A stretch of DNA of 57,216 bases from a virus (IMGVR_UViG_3300009194_000013:1-57216); one strand, 5' to 3'; shown: positions 29,405 to 38,809, numbered from the stretch's first letter. Numbers and translations: made by a program. Notes: generated by a model from the letters alone, not told the origin.

Positions 29405-29841
29405 GACTTCTCGGGCGGCAAAAGCACGGCGTCAATGTGGAGTCGGATTGAGCCATCTTTAGCAGTCGACCAGTTCATGGCATTGGCGTGAGGAAGCGCA
29501 AGTCGACAGCCAGATTTAATGCCGTCAACGAAATGCTGCAAGGTTTCAGCCGCCAGCATACCTTCGGGTTTTCTTTGATGTATGAGATTGCCTTGCGAGT
29601 CACGAACCTCAAGCATCTTCAGCTTGTCTTTACACTCCATGATGTCTGCGATTTGACGCAACTGGCTCGCGCTAAAGCCACCATCTAAGCCCACTGTAAG
29701 AGGGTGCAGTGCTTTGAAATCTTCGTCGTAGTCGTAATCGACTTCCCCGACCCAGTTTGAACCATTCGCGTCAACAGCGATTGAGCGAATATCTTCCCTC
29801 ATCGCATCCAGTTTTTCCTGTGAGTAAAATTCGCCGGTCAT
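29401..29841 (-). CDS. Hypothetical protein
   Basis: AGGAG RBS, ATGA overlaps. Confidence 0.6.
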   Translation of the reverse strand: MTGEFYSQEKLDAMREDIRSIAVDANGSNWVGEVDYDYDEDFKALHPLTVGLDGGFSASQLRQIADIMECKDKLKMLEVRDSQGNLIHQRKPEGMLAAETLQHFVDGIKSGCRLALPHANAMNWSTAKDGSIRLHIDAVLLPPEKS

Positions 29842-30404
29842 TTCTTGAATCTCCTAAAGCCGCCTCGTTCGCTTTTCCATTGAGCCGTCTTTCGACCGCG
29901 ACTAAAGTTCTTTTCGTACTGAATAGTCAAGGGTGCTCTAAACGACCCTGGTGTGATGAGTATCGTTACGGTGCCTTTGTCACAATCAATACGAACTCTG
30001 TCGGCAGGTATGAACTGGCCGTTCTCGTCGATGAAGGCGTCCCCTCTGATCGCATGTGCTTCGCGCAGCGCAGGGTGATTGAGTGCTTGCTCGAAAGCAT
30101 CTTCACTCATTTCAATCTGAGCCAACGCATCGCCAACTTCTTCTTGAAGTCGTTCAAAGTCTTTCTCAGGAAAAGCATGCCATCCAAAGCCGAGCGCATC
30201 CGCAGGAGGCTCGTCGGGCTCGACAAGCGACGGGAAGCGAGCATGCGGTTCATACTCAAGAACCTTGTCCCAAGGCTTGCCGCTCTTTGTGAGACTGCGT
30301 TTGTCAAATTGAGCAACGACGCAGCCATGCGTGGTCGTTCGGATGATTGCAGTCTCACCCTTCAGATGTGCAATCGGGCCGATGTAGATGGCGTGAGTAG
30401 TCAA
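29838..30404 (-). CDS. Hypothetical protein
   Basis: Probable TTG start overlapping the upstream stop. Confidence 0.55.
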   Translation of the reverse strand: MTTHAIYIGPIAHLKGETAIIRTTTHGCVVAQFDKRSLTKSGKPWDKVLEYEPHARFPSLVEPDEPPADALGFGWHAFPEKDFERLQEEVGDALAQIEMSEDAFEQALNHPALREAHAIRGDAFIDENGQFIPADRVRIDCDKGTVTILITPGSFRAPLTIQYEKNFSRGRKTAQWKSERGGFRRFKK

Positions 30405-30715
30405 AACGCGTCCCCTCGCATAAGCCCTTCCCAAACCGCCATTTGCTCGACCTTCTTTGCGCCTCGCTCTTTGATGAAATCTGTACGCAAGCCAAAGGCG
30501 TCTACAGTGCATTCAATCTGAGCCAGCACATCGGCCAGTTCTTCTTCGAGCCGCAAGCGATTTGTCTTTCCGCTGCTCGGGTCAATCTCGTCGATGCCCT
30601 GGATGATGCAGCGGCTAACAACCGCCATAGCTTCACCGAGTTCTTCGCCGGTCTTGCCGAGACGACGCAGGCGCACCGGGTCGCTTTCATGAATCCATTC
30701 GGTTACTGGCATCAC
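30401..30715 (-). CDS. MazG-like NTP pyrophosphohydrolase
   Basis: EELGE...EEELADV. Confidence 0.7.
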   Translation of the reverse strand: MMPVTEWIHESDPVRLRRLGKTGEELGEAMAVVSRCIIQGIDEIDPSSGKTNRLRLEEELADVLAQIECTVDAFGLRTDFIKERGAKKVEQMAVWEGLMRGDAF

Positions 30716-31896
30716 TTGCCTCCAAGACGAGCTTCGCCAAACAGACCGCAGTAAGCAATCAAGTCTTCAACTGAATCGCGGTGCGGGGCTCCCCTGGACT
30801 GGCTTCGCACCATCTTGAGCAAGGCCATGAGCAGCCAGCCTTCCGACTCCTTGAGCGCGTTACCTGTGATGGTGTTGAATGCATCGACGGTGGCCTTCAT
30901 AGAGCGCTCGCCTTCCGGCTTGTCGTAGGTGGCAATGCGATCACGCATGTGAGCGGCAGCGGCGTCGAGCAGTTCATCTGCTGCAAACGCAGGCTTTTTA
31001 CCAACTGGCGGTGCCCACATTTCGCCGCCGCGATATTCGTAGCCCAGGTGGTCGAGTGTCTTGCATGCAGCCTCGTAGACTCGATACTCGTCTTCGCGCA
31101 CAACCTGAACCCCTAAATCCTTAGCCTGCGCTTCATTCAATGCAATCTTCAAAGCACGGGCGAGTGAAGTATTGCCCGCTCGCTTGGCAACTTCCCTGAG
31201 CCTTATTAAGTGGGTGGTGCTGCCGTAAAGGGCATTGCGAAGAACGATTTCATCCGACTCGGCGATCTCTTTGACTGCCTGCGTCAGTTGTACTTGTACG
31301 GCATTGAGACTTTCAATCAACTTTTCAGCAGTTGTAGTGCCGATGGCGACTGCTGCTCGGGTGTTGACTGCGATGCTTCGAGCGTGGCCAATCAAGCGAA
31401 CATAAGTCGGCTGCTCGGTAAATGACGGACGCTTTGCCTCATCGTCGCCCTGGCTTTCGGCGGCAGTCGCATTGCTTATACCTGTGTCGGATGTCGTATA
31501 CGTCTGTAAACCGTCAACCCCCTGGCTTACAAGTTGACCGCGCTTTATGTCTTCGCTGGCTACGCCGATTGGGGGTGCGTATTCAGTACGAACTGACACA
31601 TCCCCTGCTTGAACTGTGCGTGCCGAAACCAGTGGGGTGGTAGCGTCTGCGATAACAGTTGCCGCGTGCATGCCGGTGAGCAGCCAGTCTATTGGCGCCC
31701 CTTCATCACCCGACAGCACGACAGATACGTCATCAATGACGCGATACGACACGACGTCACCTGGACGTTCTTGCGACGACCATCTGATATTTTCGGCAAA
31801 AGCCGCACACGTTGAGCCGTCACGCGAAATAATTTGGACTTTTGTATGCGGTGCAACCGGGCATTCGCCGCCTGTCCATTTGATGAAGTCGCTCAT
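30712..31896 (-). CDS. Mosaic protein with C-terminal DUF6378-like domain
   Basis: N-terminal WTGGECPV module; C-terminal YDKPEGERSM...LLKMVR...DSVEDLIAY. Confidence 0.65.
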   Translation of the reverse strand: MSDFIKWTGGECPVAPHTKVQIISRDGSTCAAFAENIRWSSQERPGDVVSYRVIDDVSVVLSGDEGAPIDWLLTGMHAATVIADATTPLVSARTVQAGDVSVRTEYAPPIGVASEDIKRGQLVSQGVDGLQTYTTSDTGISNATAAESQGDDEAKRPSFTEQPTYVRLIGHARSIAVNTRAAVAIGTTTAEKLIESLNAVQVQLTQAVKEIAESDEIVLRNALYGSTTHLIRLREVAKRAGNTSLARALKIALNEAQAKDLGVQVVREDEYRVYEAACKTLDHLGYEYRGGEMWAPPVGKKPAFAADELLDAAAAHMRDRIATYDKPEGERSMKATVDAFNTITGNALKESEGWLLMALLKMVRSQSRGAPHRDSVEDLIAYCGLFGEARLGGK

Positions 31897-31927
31897 TGCT
31901 TGTTACCTTTCTGTTGTTCAAGTTCAG
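31893..31927. repeat. 35-bp direct repeat, copy 1
   Basis: TCATTGCTTGTTACCTTTCTGTTGTTCAAGTTCAG. Confidence 0.95.
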
Positions 31928-31932
31928 TTTGG

Positions 31933-32106
31933 TTAATCGCAGCTTGGACACTCGACGTCATCGCCCATGTCGCACATGCAACACTTCTCTGAATCGCAGT
32001 GCGGACACGTCTCAAGTCCTTGAGGGCTGTTCGGTTTGTTGTGCTTGCGCTCGGCGGCAGTTGATCCGCAAGATGGGCATTCTTCTGGTGTTTCGCGGTA
32101 GTTCAT
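31933..32106 (-). CDS. Cys-rich small protein
   Basis: Four CxxC motifs in 57 aa. Confidence 0.6.
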   Translation of the reverse strand: MNYRETPEECPSCGSTAAERKHNKPNSPQGLETCPHCDSEKCCMCDMGDDVECPSCD

Positions 32107-32107
32107 A

Positions 32108-32428
32108 TCAGCACTCACTGATGTCGCGAATTTTTTCAGATGAAACAAGCCGAACCGGTTGACGGGTGCGATCCTTGGCGGTCTCAATGACGCAGTGATA
32201 CTGAACGCTGACAGATGTCGGGCGAGTATAGTGCGCTTGGCTGAAGTTGTAAGTATGAATTTCTGGTGTGCCGATTCGGGCTCGTGTCGGCGTCTTCTGA
32301 TTAGCGTGCAACATGACGCCAACGTCAGTGCCTGGCGGGTGCATTGCCCTGGCCAGTTCAAGGAGCTTGTCGTGTGCATCGCGCACAGCCGCAATGGCTG
32401 CGTCGATTTCCTGTGTAGTGGGTTTCAT
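32108..32428 (-). CDS. Hypothetical protein
   Basis: RBS and ATG lie within the 35-bp repeat. Confidence 0.6.
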   Translation of the reverse strand: MKPTTQEIDAAIAAVRDAHDKLLELARAMHPPGTDVGVMLHANQKTPTRARIGTPEIHTYNFSQAHYTRPTSVSVQYHCVIETAKDRTRQPVRLVSSEKIRDISEC

Positions 32429-32459
32429 TGCTTGTTACCTTTCTGTTGTTCAAGTTCAG
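32425..32459. repeat. 35-bp direct repeat, copy 2
   Basis: Identical to 31893-31927. Confidence 0.95.
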
Positions 32460-32646
32460 CACATGTCGTCATGAGACGAACAATCGCGCCACGCACCCTG
32501 GGCATATCATCACCAACATAACCAGCGACAAACGCTAAGGCGTTACTCTCGTTGTTTGTCCAGTCGTACTGCTTGTTGCTTCGGATATTCTCAATCGCAG
32601 CATCAATTGCTTTGATGAGCGTTTGTTCAGCCTTGCTGGTAGCCAT
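32425..32646 (-). CDS. Hypothetical protein
   Basis: Downstream of putative promoter. Confidence 0.6.
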   Translation of the reverse strand: MATSKAEQTLIKAIDAAIENIRSNKQYDWTNNESNALAFVAGYVGDDMPRVRGAIVRLMTTCAELEQQKGNKQ

Positions 32647-32679
32647 GATGTTGCGTTCGTCTACGTTGTTTATGTAGAG

Positions 32680-32708
32680 AATGTAGTTTTAAGTTAATGA
32701 CATTGGAA
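32680..32708 (-). promoter_or_regulatory. Putative sigma70 promoter TTCCAA-17-TACATT
   Basis: Intergenic, AT-rich, 17-bp spacer. Confidence 0.5.
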
Positions 32709-32721
32709 TAGGGGGTTACCC

Positions 32722-34179
32722 TTATCCGCGTCGTATCATCGCCAGCTTCAACGAATCCTGCACACTGGCCTTTGTCTCTGTACGTTCAACCATCTCTTCT
32801 TCAATCGTGCGCTCAGCAATCAGCAGATGTACGAACGTGTTGCGAAAGTAGCCAGCGGACACCTGGCGCACGTTGCCAATGCGCTCAATGACTTGCTCAA
32901 ACTCTTCAAGGTTCCACGTCTGAGAGAAGAACGCGATGTGATTGCACACGTCTTGCATGCCGTCAATGCCGTGGCCACCACTGGCCGGATGGATGAACAG
33001 TTGCGGTATTCGACCCGCCCGAAACTCAGCTAAGGTCTTCGGGTTGTCGTCGAAGTAACGACCGTTGGGAAATGCTTCGAGCAACCTGGCCAAGTCACTG
33101 CGGAACTGATAGGTGACAAGCAGAGGTTCGCCGTTAAGCTCTGAGACTAGATCACGAAGCGCGTCGATCTTTTCGTCATGCACCGGCAACCAGGGTGCCG
33201 TGTCGTTGCCTGGATCGGGCTTCGTGTAAACCGCACCGGACGCAAGCTGTCGCAGCTTCATCGACTTGCTGCCCGCGTTGAACGCTTCAATCTCATGGCC
33301 AACAAGCTCGATGAAAAACTCCTTTTCCATCTGCTTGTACAACTCACGCGATTTGGCGTTAAGGCGTACCGGAATCTTGTTGTACACCGTGTCGGGCAAC
33401 TGCATGTAGTCACGAGCGTTTAGAGCAATCGTGCGAGGACGCATCAACTCTTTGATCTCAGCGTCTGCCCAGGGTGTTGGCTTGTACAGCACCTCAAATG
33501 CATTGTCCGAAGACTTGATTGCGTTGAACCAGCGCTCTTTGAACGCGGTGAAGCTGCGCCCAAGCGTGGCGCCGCCGTCGATGTACCAATGCTGCCCCCA
33601 AAGGTCAACTAGACCGTTCGGTGCTGGCGTGCCCGTCATGTTGAACCAGTATCTAACCTTCTGATGGCTTGTTGCGGCCAGGGCGTATGCTCGGCTGGAA
33701 CCACCCGACTTGCGCTTTGATAACTTTCCGGTTTTCTCACTCTTGCGTATGTCAATGCGCAACGACTTCAGCTTCGTGCTTTCGTCCGGTATGACCATGT
33801 TCCAACGCCACTCATCGCCCATCACTTCGGCAAGCCAGGGTAGATTCTCGTAGTTGATTGTCGTGATGTCAGCGTTAGCTCGCAGCGCGGCTAACCGCTG
33901 ATCTGGCGTGCCGATGGCTTCTGCAATTGACAGATGCTCGAAGTTCTCCCACTTGTCTCGCTCATTACGCCAAACCATCGACGCAATGCGCTTTGTCGAT
34001 ACGACAAGAAGTTTGTCTACTTCGCCGAAGAACTTCAGATAGCTGTACGTGGCTAAGCCTGTTGCCGTCTTTCCGCTACCAGGTCCAGCCCAGTCGTTAG
34101 CTCGCCCTGCGCTGATGTTGAAGTCGCGCATCTGCTTTTGGTAAAGCCGAGGCGTCCATATCTTCTTTTGGTTCGACAT
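32722..34179 (-). CDS. SNF2-type SF2 helicase
   Basis: PRLYQ, GPGSGKT, DEST, TGTP.PNG, HPASGGHGID, QVIERI. Confidence 0.9.
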   Translation of the reverse strand: MSNQKKIWTPRLYQKQMRDFNISAGRANDWAGPGSGKTATGLATYSYLKFFGEVDKLLVVSTKRIASMVWRNERDKWENFEHLSIAEAIGTPDQRLAALRANADITTINYENLPWLAEVMGDEWRWNMVIPDESTKLKSLRIDIRKSEKTGKLSKRKSGGSSRAYALAATSHQKVRYWFNMTGTPAPNGLVDLWGQHWYIDGGATLGRSFTAFKERWFNAIKSSDNAFEVLYKPTPWADAEIKELMRPRTIALNARDYMQLPDTVYNKIPVRLNAKSRELYKQMEKEFFIELVGHEIEAFNAGSKSMKLRQLASGAVYTKPDPGNDTAPWLPVHDEKIDALRDLVSELNGEPLLVTYQFRSDLARLLEAFPNGRYFDDNPKTLAEFRAGRIPQLFIHPASGGHGIDGMQDVCNHIAFFSQTWNLEEFEQVIERIGNVRQVSAGYFRNTFVHLLIAERTIEEEMVERTETKASVQDSLKLAMIRRG

Positions 34180-34213
34180 AGATAAACGCCCCTGGCTAGA
34201 GGGGCGTCGTTGT

Positions 34214-34468
34214 TCAGTTGAAGAAGTTGTCTAATGAGAAGTCAAAGCTGAAGGGCTCGGCGATCTTGTCAGGAGCGCCATAGAGCAAGTAGTTCGCAAG
34301 CCTGGCCTTGATTGTCCAAAAGTCTGCTGCACTCCACATACCGCTGTCGTCTGACTGCATGCCGCGCTCGTCGCATTGCTGTACGTTGAGCGTCTTTGAG
34401 ATCAACTCAGCGTCAAGGGTTACGCCGAGAGTCGAATTGATCTCACCCAGCGTAACCCTGCGCATCAC
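34214..34468 (-). CDS. Hypothetical protein, paralog of the upstream gene; FSFDF tail
   Basis: Alignable by eye to the N-terminal domain of 34465-34863. Confidence 0.6.
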   Translation of the reverse strand: MMRRVTLGEINSTLGVTLDAELISKTLNVQQCDERGMQSDDSGMWSAADFWTIKARLANYLLYGAPDKIAEPFSFDFSLDNFFN

Positions 34469-34863
34469 TCGAAGCTGAAGCCGGTGTCGTCAGCAGCAGG
34501 GGCTTCGTCACCAAAGCTGAATCCAGTGTCTTCGGCAACAGGGGTGACATCGCCGAATGTGAAGCCGGTGTCTTGAGCAGCAGGGGCGTCATCACCAAAG
34601 CTGAAAGGTGCGGCGTCACCGGAAGCAGTCGTATCGCCTTTTGGCTTGGCAGGCTTCTTGTCGGCCACAGCTTTGGACGTGCGGCGCGAGTTGATGTGTG
34701 CGATCAGCTTGTCGCAGATGTCACCAAATTGGCTTTCAGACCAGTAGACGGCTCGCTTTTCCTTTTCGACTGGTTCGACCTTCAGTTCACCTTCGACGAA
34801 GGCGCCTGTGATGGGCACCCCGAGACGTTCTTGAATGGTCTTGATGTTGATCTTGTCGGTCAT
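34465..34863 (-). CDS. Hypothetical protein with acidic FxFG-repeat tail
   Basis: FSFGD, FTFGD, FSFGD, FSFE. Confidence 0.75.
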   Translation of the reverse strand: MTDKINIKTIQERLGVPITGAFVEGELKVEPVEKEKRAVYWSESQFGDICDKLIAHINSRRTSKAVADKKPAKPKGDTTASGDAAPFSFGDDAPAAQDTGFTFGDVTPVAEDTGFSFGDEAPAADDTGFSFE

Positions 34864-34914
34864 TGTCTTCGTTCCTATGGTTAGGCGTTGGTGGGAGACG
34901 TTAGTGTATGCGCC

Positions 34915-35352
34915 TTAGTAGCTCTTGCCGCCTTCGGCAATGCGATTTTCGATCTTGTGATCGGCGCGTTGGGCGTTGAAGGCCAGCTTGTCTGCAATGG
35001 CGTCGCCGATGTCCATATTCATGGCGCCAGCCAAGTCAAAGATGCGAATCAACGCATCGGCCAGTTCGACTTCCAACATCTTGCGCTGCGGCAACTTGTC
35101 GTCCATCAAACCCTTGCGATGACCTTCCATACCTTCGCTGATCTCGCTGTGTGTCAAACACAGCTTTTGGGCGACCAGGGCACCGCCGAGCAGCTTTTGC
35201 AATGGGTCTTTCGGATCGTTGATGACCTCGCAAAGATCGAGCCCTGTTGCATGGTGAGTCCACCAGCCCGCTTCTTTGCTTGCGCCGTGACAGATTTGCT
35301 GAAGAAGATTCCCGCAATGGGATACTTGAAGTTCATTTACAGGGGCGTTCAT
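34915..35352 (-). CDS. MazG-like NTP pyrophosphohydrolase
   Basis: LTHSEISEGMEG.RK, EVELADALIRIFD, K..FN..R.DH. Confidence 0.85.
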   Translation of the reverse strand: MNAPVNELQVSHCGNLLQQICHGASKEAGWWTHHATGLDLCEVINDPKDPLQKLLGGALVAQKLCLTHSEISEGMEGHRKGLMDDKLPQRKMLEVELADALIRIFDLAGAMNMDIGDAIADKLAFNAQRADHKIENRIAEGGKSY

Positions 35353-35597
35353 TTGGATTTCTCCGTTGGTTGAAAAAGGGTTGCGTTAGGGCCGCATGGC
35401 ATCTCGGGCTCGCGCATGTCAATGCAGTAGCCGCGTGTACGCGATTTGGCGATAACCAGTTCGTTGCATCGCAGGACGCGCACAGTGGCGTCACCCGACT
35501 TGAGGTCTTTCTGAATGCATTTGCTGCACGCCAGGCATTGCTTACGCTCTTGGAACCAAAGCGCAGTGCGCGCATCGAGTTTGTCGTCTCGTTTCAT
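35349..35597 (-). CDS. Cys-rich hypothetical protein
   Basis: CLAC...C..MR....CGP.A.LF; ATGA overlaps. Confidence 0.6.
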   Translation of the reverse strand: MKRDDKLDARTALWFQERKQCLACSKCIQKDLKSGDATVRVLRCNELVIAKSRTRGYCIDMREPEMPCGPNATLFQPTEKSK

Positions 35598-35890
35598 ATT
35601 GGAAATTCCCGGTCAATGGCTTCGACTGTTGTGAGGACAAGAACGACCTCGCCAAGCATCCGCATGCGATCAATCTCGCGCTGCTGCCCACTGCTGAGCA
35701 CGCCATCCTTACCCGCCTTGGTCTCAACCCAGCAGTTACGGCTGTAGAAGGGTGAGCCGTATGCGAAGCGCACGCGGATGTCAGGGCAGTTGCGGCGTCC
35801 AACATACTTGACGAACACAAGCTCGCCGCCGAGCGCTTGAACCCGCTGCTTCAAGTAGTCCTTTACTTTGCCTTCCGGCGTGCGGCTCAT
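35594..35890 (-). CDS. VRR-NUC nuclease
   Basis: PEGKVK, PD...WVETKA, LS..Q. Confidence 0.85.
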   Translation of the reverse strand: MSRTPEGKVKDYLKQRVQALGGELVFVKYVGRRNCPDIRVRFAYGSPFYSRNCWVETKAGKDGVLSSGQQREIDRMRMLGEVVLVLTTVEAIDREFPI

Positions 35891-35891
35891 G

Positions 35892-36122
35892 TTACACCTT
35901 ACCTTTACTGGCCAGGTCGATGTTGGTGTAGAAGTATTCGCCGATCTTCATTTGAGCGAGGTCGAACGACACCATGCCGATAGCCAGCATTGGGGCGAAA
36001 GGTCGAGTACCTACGCTCTCAATGTCAATCATCGCGTGCGGGTACTTCAGCGGGGCGCTACCGAAGCTGAACGAAAAGTCGTTAGCTGCGCTGCCGCCGA
36101 AGTCGAATGAAAAGTCGCTCAT
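35892..36122 (-). pseudogene. Truncated DEDD-type 3'-5' exonuclease
   Basis: HAMIDIESVG...AIGMVSFD...FYTNIDL followed by a stop; later exo motifs missing. Confidence 0.6.
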
Positions 36123-36123
36123 G

Positions 36124-36603
36124 TCAGCTACCAAAGAAGTCGTTGACGAAAGCTGCGGTTTCATACGCGGCTTCGATTGGTGCTACTGACTCGATGACTG
36201 GTTCCGCAAAGAAGTTTTCAGGTGAAACGACTTCTTTGATTTCGACAGCAAGACCCTTGATCTTCAGCGGCTCAGACTTCCAAGGCTGAATGACACCATC
36301 GTCGTCGGTCATGACGGTAAAGCCTTCTGGTGGCACGATACCCGACCATTCAAAATCTTCCCACACGCCAATGTTGTAGTGACTCGTGTGAGCTTCGAGC
36401 AGCGCCTCTTCGATGGTGGCGCAATCGCGATACCACTTGTCGCCGTCCCAATATGCAAAAGTATCGGAATCATCCGGGCTAGGGCGTTCAAGGCGACGTT
36501 TGTAAACACCCTTGAAGCCGGGCTTCTCGTAGCCTGGGAAGTAATCGGTGGCAACCAGTTGAATTTCGGCGAGTGTGTCGGGGGTCACGGTGAGTCCTTT
36601 CAT
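36124..36603 (-). CDS. Hypothetical protein
   Basis: KP...GVYKR...AYWDG..W...WSGI module. Confidence 0.65.
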   Translation of the reverse strand: MKGLTVTPDTLAEIQLVATDYFPGYEKPGFKGVYKRRLERPSPDDSDTFAYWDGDKWYRDCATIEEALLEAHTSHYNIGVWEDFEWSGIVPPEGFTVMTDDDGVIQPWKSEPLKIKGLAVEIKEVVSPENFFAEPVIESVAPIEAAYETAAFVNDFFGS

Positions 36604-36647
36604 GATGTGTGTATCTTCGTTTGTATGCTTTGTTTATGCCATTGGGG

Positions 36648-38528
36648 TTAACCCCATGAAAACTCAGTTTGCGTTGCCTTTTTGGCACGAGGTTTGCGAA
36701 CCTTTGGCGGCGGTGCAGTGTGGCCAATCGCAATTAGCATGTCGTTGGCGATCTGGATGTAGCGCTCGTAGTCGATGTCAGATGGGAACTCATCTGGCAA
36801 CGTCATGAGCGGTCTACAGCCATCGCTGTTGGCTACCTTGTTGTTGGTGCCATGCACGTTGGCCTTGCGGTAGTACATCGGAGCGGGGTTCTGCTTGGTG
36901 TAAATCCAGCGCACGGTCTTGCCGACAAACTGGCCATGCCAGGTAGCGCCGCCCGTCACGCGCTGAACGCTGACGAAGTGTCGAATGTCGCGGCACATGC
37001 GTATGAACAACTCAATATCAACGCCGTGCTCAAGGTACGCGCAGACCGCCTGGACACAAACTTGATTGGTTGGGCTTGGCCAGGACGATGCGACTGGTTC
37101 GGGCTCGGCAAAGTCACCCTTGAGCTTTACGCCGCCCTTTTCTTTGATGGCGATGTATGAATTGACACTGGCCGAGTACAGAGCCTTGTAGCGCGTCTCT
37201 TCAGTCTCAAAGCCGGTGTCCACTTCCCACCAACGAATGATGTCAATCAAATCGTCGTAAGCATCCTTGCGGCACTTGATTACGATGCCGTCTGTATTGC
37301 CGGATACGACCTTGATGAAGTCGTTGGACTCAATCTGCTCAATCAACATGAGCAATGCCAACTGGCCGGTGAGTGTCACCTGAATCATCAAGTCTGGTGA
37401 GTAGAGCGCTGAGTAGACGTTTCCGAACTTGCCGAAGGAGCCGTTGAGCACAATCTTCAGCGTGTCGGCCAGGGTCTTGTTACCCATACGCTTGGCTTCA
37501 ATGCGCGTATTGAAAATGTCGGTGTAAACGCTCAGGAAATGCCGCCCCAAATGCTGCGGGAACAACAAGGTCTTGATGATGATCGCTGGGTAGTAGCTGG
37601 CGACATCGCGGTCGACTAAAATCCAATCGTCGTCAGCTAAGTGCGCGACAGCCTTCTCGGTTGAATGTAACCCGCCGATACCCAGCTTGTACGTCGAATC
37701 GCCGATAGTGACTTTGCGGCCTTCAATAGTCTTTGGAATCTCAACCTTGCCGCTGTGCTGGACATAGAAGGTCGCGTCACACACGTCCTTGAATATGGCT
37801 TGCAACTCAGGCGTCTTGAAGCTAAGCCACTTTGGCGGCGTGTACTTGAACGACTTGATGTCGATGTCAGGCTTGCCGATTTTCCAGCCGATGATTCGAC
37901 TGATGCGCTCCTTCAGCACAGCTTCGGCAATCTGAGCATCTGACTTGCTGCGTAGATCAATTCCGTACTCGCGGCTCATGCGCTCGCGGATTTCAATCTG
38001 TGCTTTGAACTTCCTGGCCGCGTCTTCGGTTAAGTCGCAGTCGTTACCGCAATAGAGCGACAAGTCGTCTCGCTCGCTCGGTGAGATGCTGGCGTCAGGC
38101 TCAATGGGCAAGTCTTGCAGCGTCTTGCTGTGCATCTTGCCGCCATACGTCTTGAGCGAGTTGATGCCCGGCATGATCTCAATCAAGTCGATGTGATCGT
38201 ATTGAGGAATCTTGAAGCCGTAATTGCGCTCAGCATGCCAGGGGCTCAGGCCTGTCAAGATCAACTCATCGCTCAGCCGCTTCAGCGCTTCGTTGCTAAA
38301 GCCTTGGAGCGCTGCGCCAATCATCACCATGTCGTACTTGTGGCCGTTGAAGGTGAACAAGCGACACGCTTTGAGCGTTGCGTCGACCATCGCTCGATTC
38401 AGCGCATGTCCAGGGTACATGCGGAACTCGCGCCGAGCCCCTGTGTCCATGCGCTTCAACTTGATGAGAAAGAAGTCGCGATAACACTCCGTATCGAGCG
38501 ATGCGTCAGGCTTTGGTGCGACGATCAC
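36648..38528 (-). CDS. DNA polymerase, family B, with N-terminal 3'-5' exonuclease
   Basis: DTE, FNGHKYD, YC.ND; DVASYYP, KIVLNGSFGKFG, NTDG. Confidence 0.92.
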   Translation of the reverse strand: MIVAPKPDASLDTECYRDFFLIKLKRMDTGARREFRMYPGHALNRAMVDATLKACRLFTFNGHKYDMVMIGAALQGFSNEALKRLSDELILTGLSPWHAERNYGFKIPQYDHIDLIEIMPGINSLKTYGGKMHSKTLQDLPIEPDASISPSERDDLSLYCGNDCDLTEDAARKFKAQIEIRERMSREYGIDLRSKSDAQIAEAVLKERISRIIGWKIGKPDIDIKSFKYTPPKWLSFKTPELQAIFKDVCDATFYVQHSGKVEIPKTIEGRKVTIGDSTYKLGIGGLHSTEKAVAHLADDDWILVDRDVASYYPAIIIKTLLFPQHLGRHFLSVYTDIFNTRIEAKRMGNKTLADTLKIVLNGSFGKFGNVYSALYSPDLMIQVTLTGQLALLMLIEQIESNDFIKVVSGNTDGIVIKCRKDAYDDLIDIIRWWEVDTGFETEETRYKALYSASVNSYIAIKEKGGVKLKGDFAEPEPVASSWPSPTNQVCVQAVCAYLEHGVDIELFIRMCRDIRHFVSVQRVTGGATWHGQFVGKTVRWIYTKQNPAPMYYRKANVHGTNNKVANSDGCRPLMTLPDEFPSDIDYERYIQIANDMLIAIGHTAPPPKVRKPRAKKATQTEFSWG

Positions 38529-38716
38529 TTGCGACCTTTCGTGACCTCTTTGCGCTGCGTGTCTTCAATGCATGGGCGCACGCACTCTTTATGCACGCGA
38601 TGCTCGCTGCCGTCGACTTCTTGCACTGTTGCGAAGATGAAGCCGCCACCTCGCTTGTAAACAAGGCGGTTGAGACAGTGCCAGCATAGCGACGGGCCGT
38701 GATCTTTTTTCCACAT
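38525..38716 (-). CDS. Small zinc-binding protein
   Basis: CWHC...HKEC. Confidence 0.6.
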   Translation of the reverse strand: MWKKDHGPSLCWHCLNRLVYKRGGGFIFATVQEVDGSEHRVHKECVRPCIEDTQRKEVTKGRK

Positions 38717-38809
38717 AGGTGTTTCCGTTGTTGCTCTTTGGTGAGAGGGTTTTCAGGTGCAGGGAGCGAACATCGAAGTCGTTGTGCAATCCGTATTCAC
38801 CCTCTCGCC

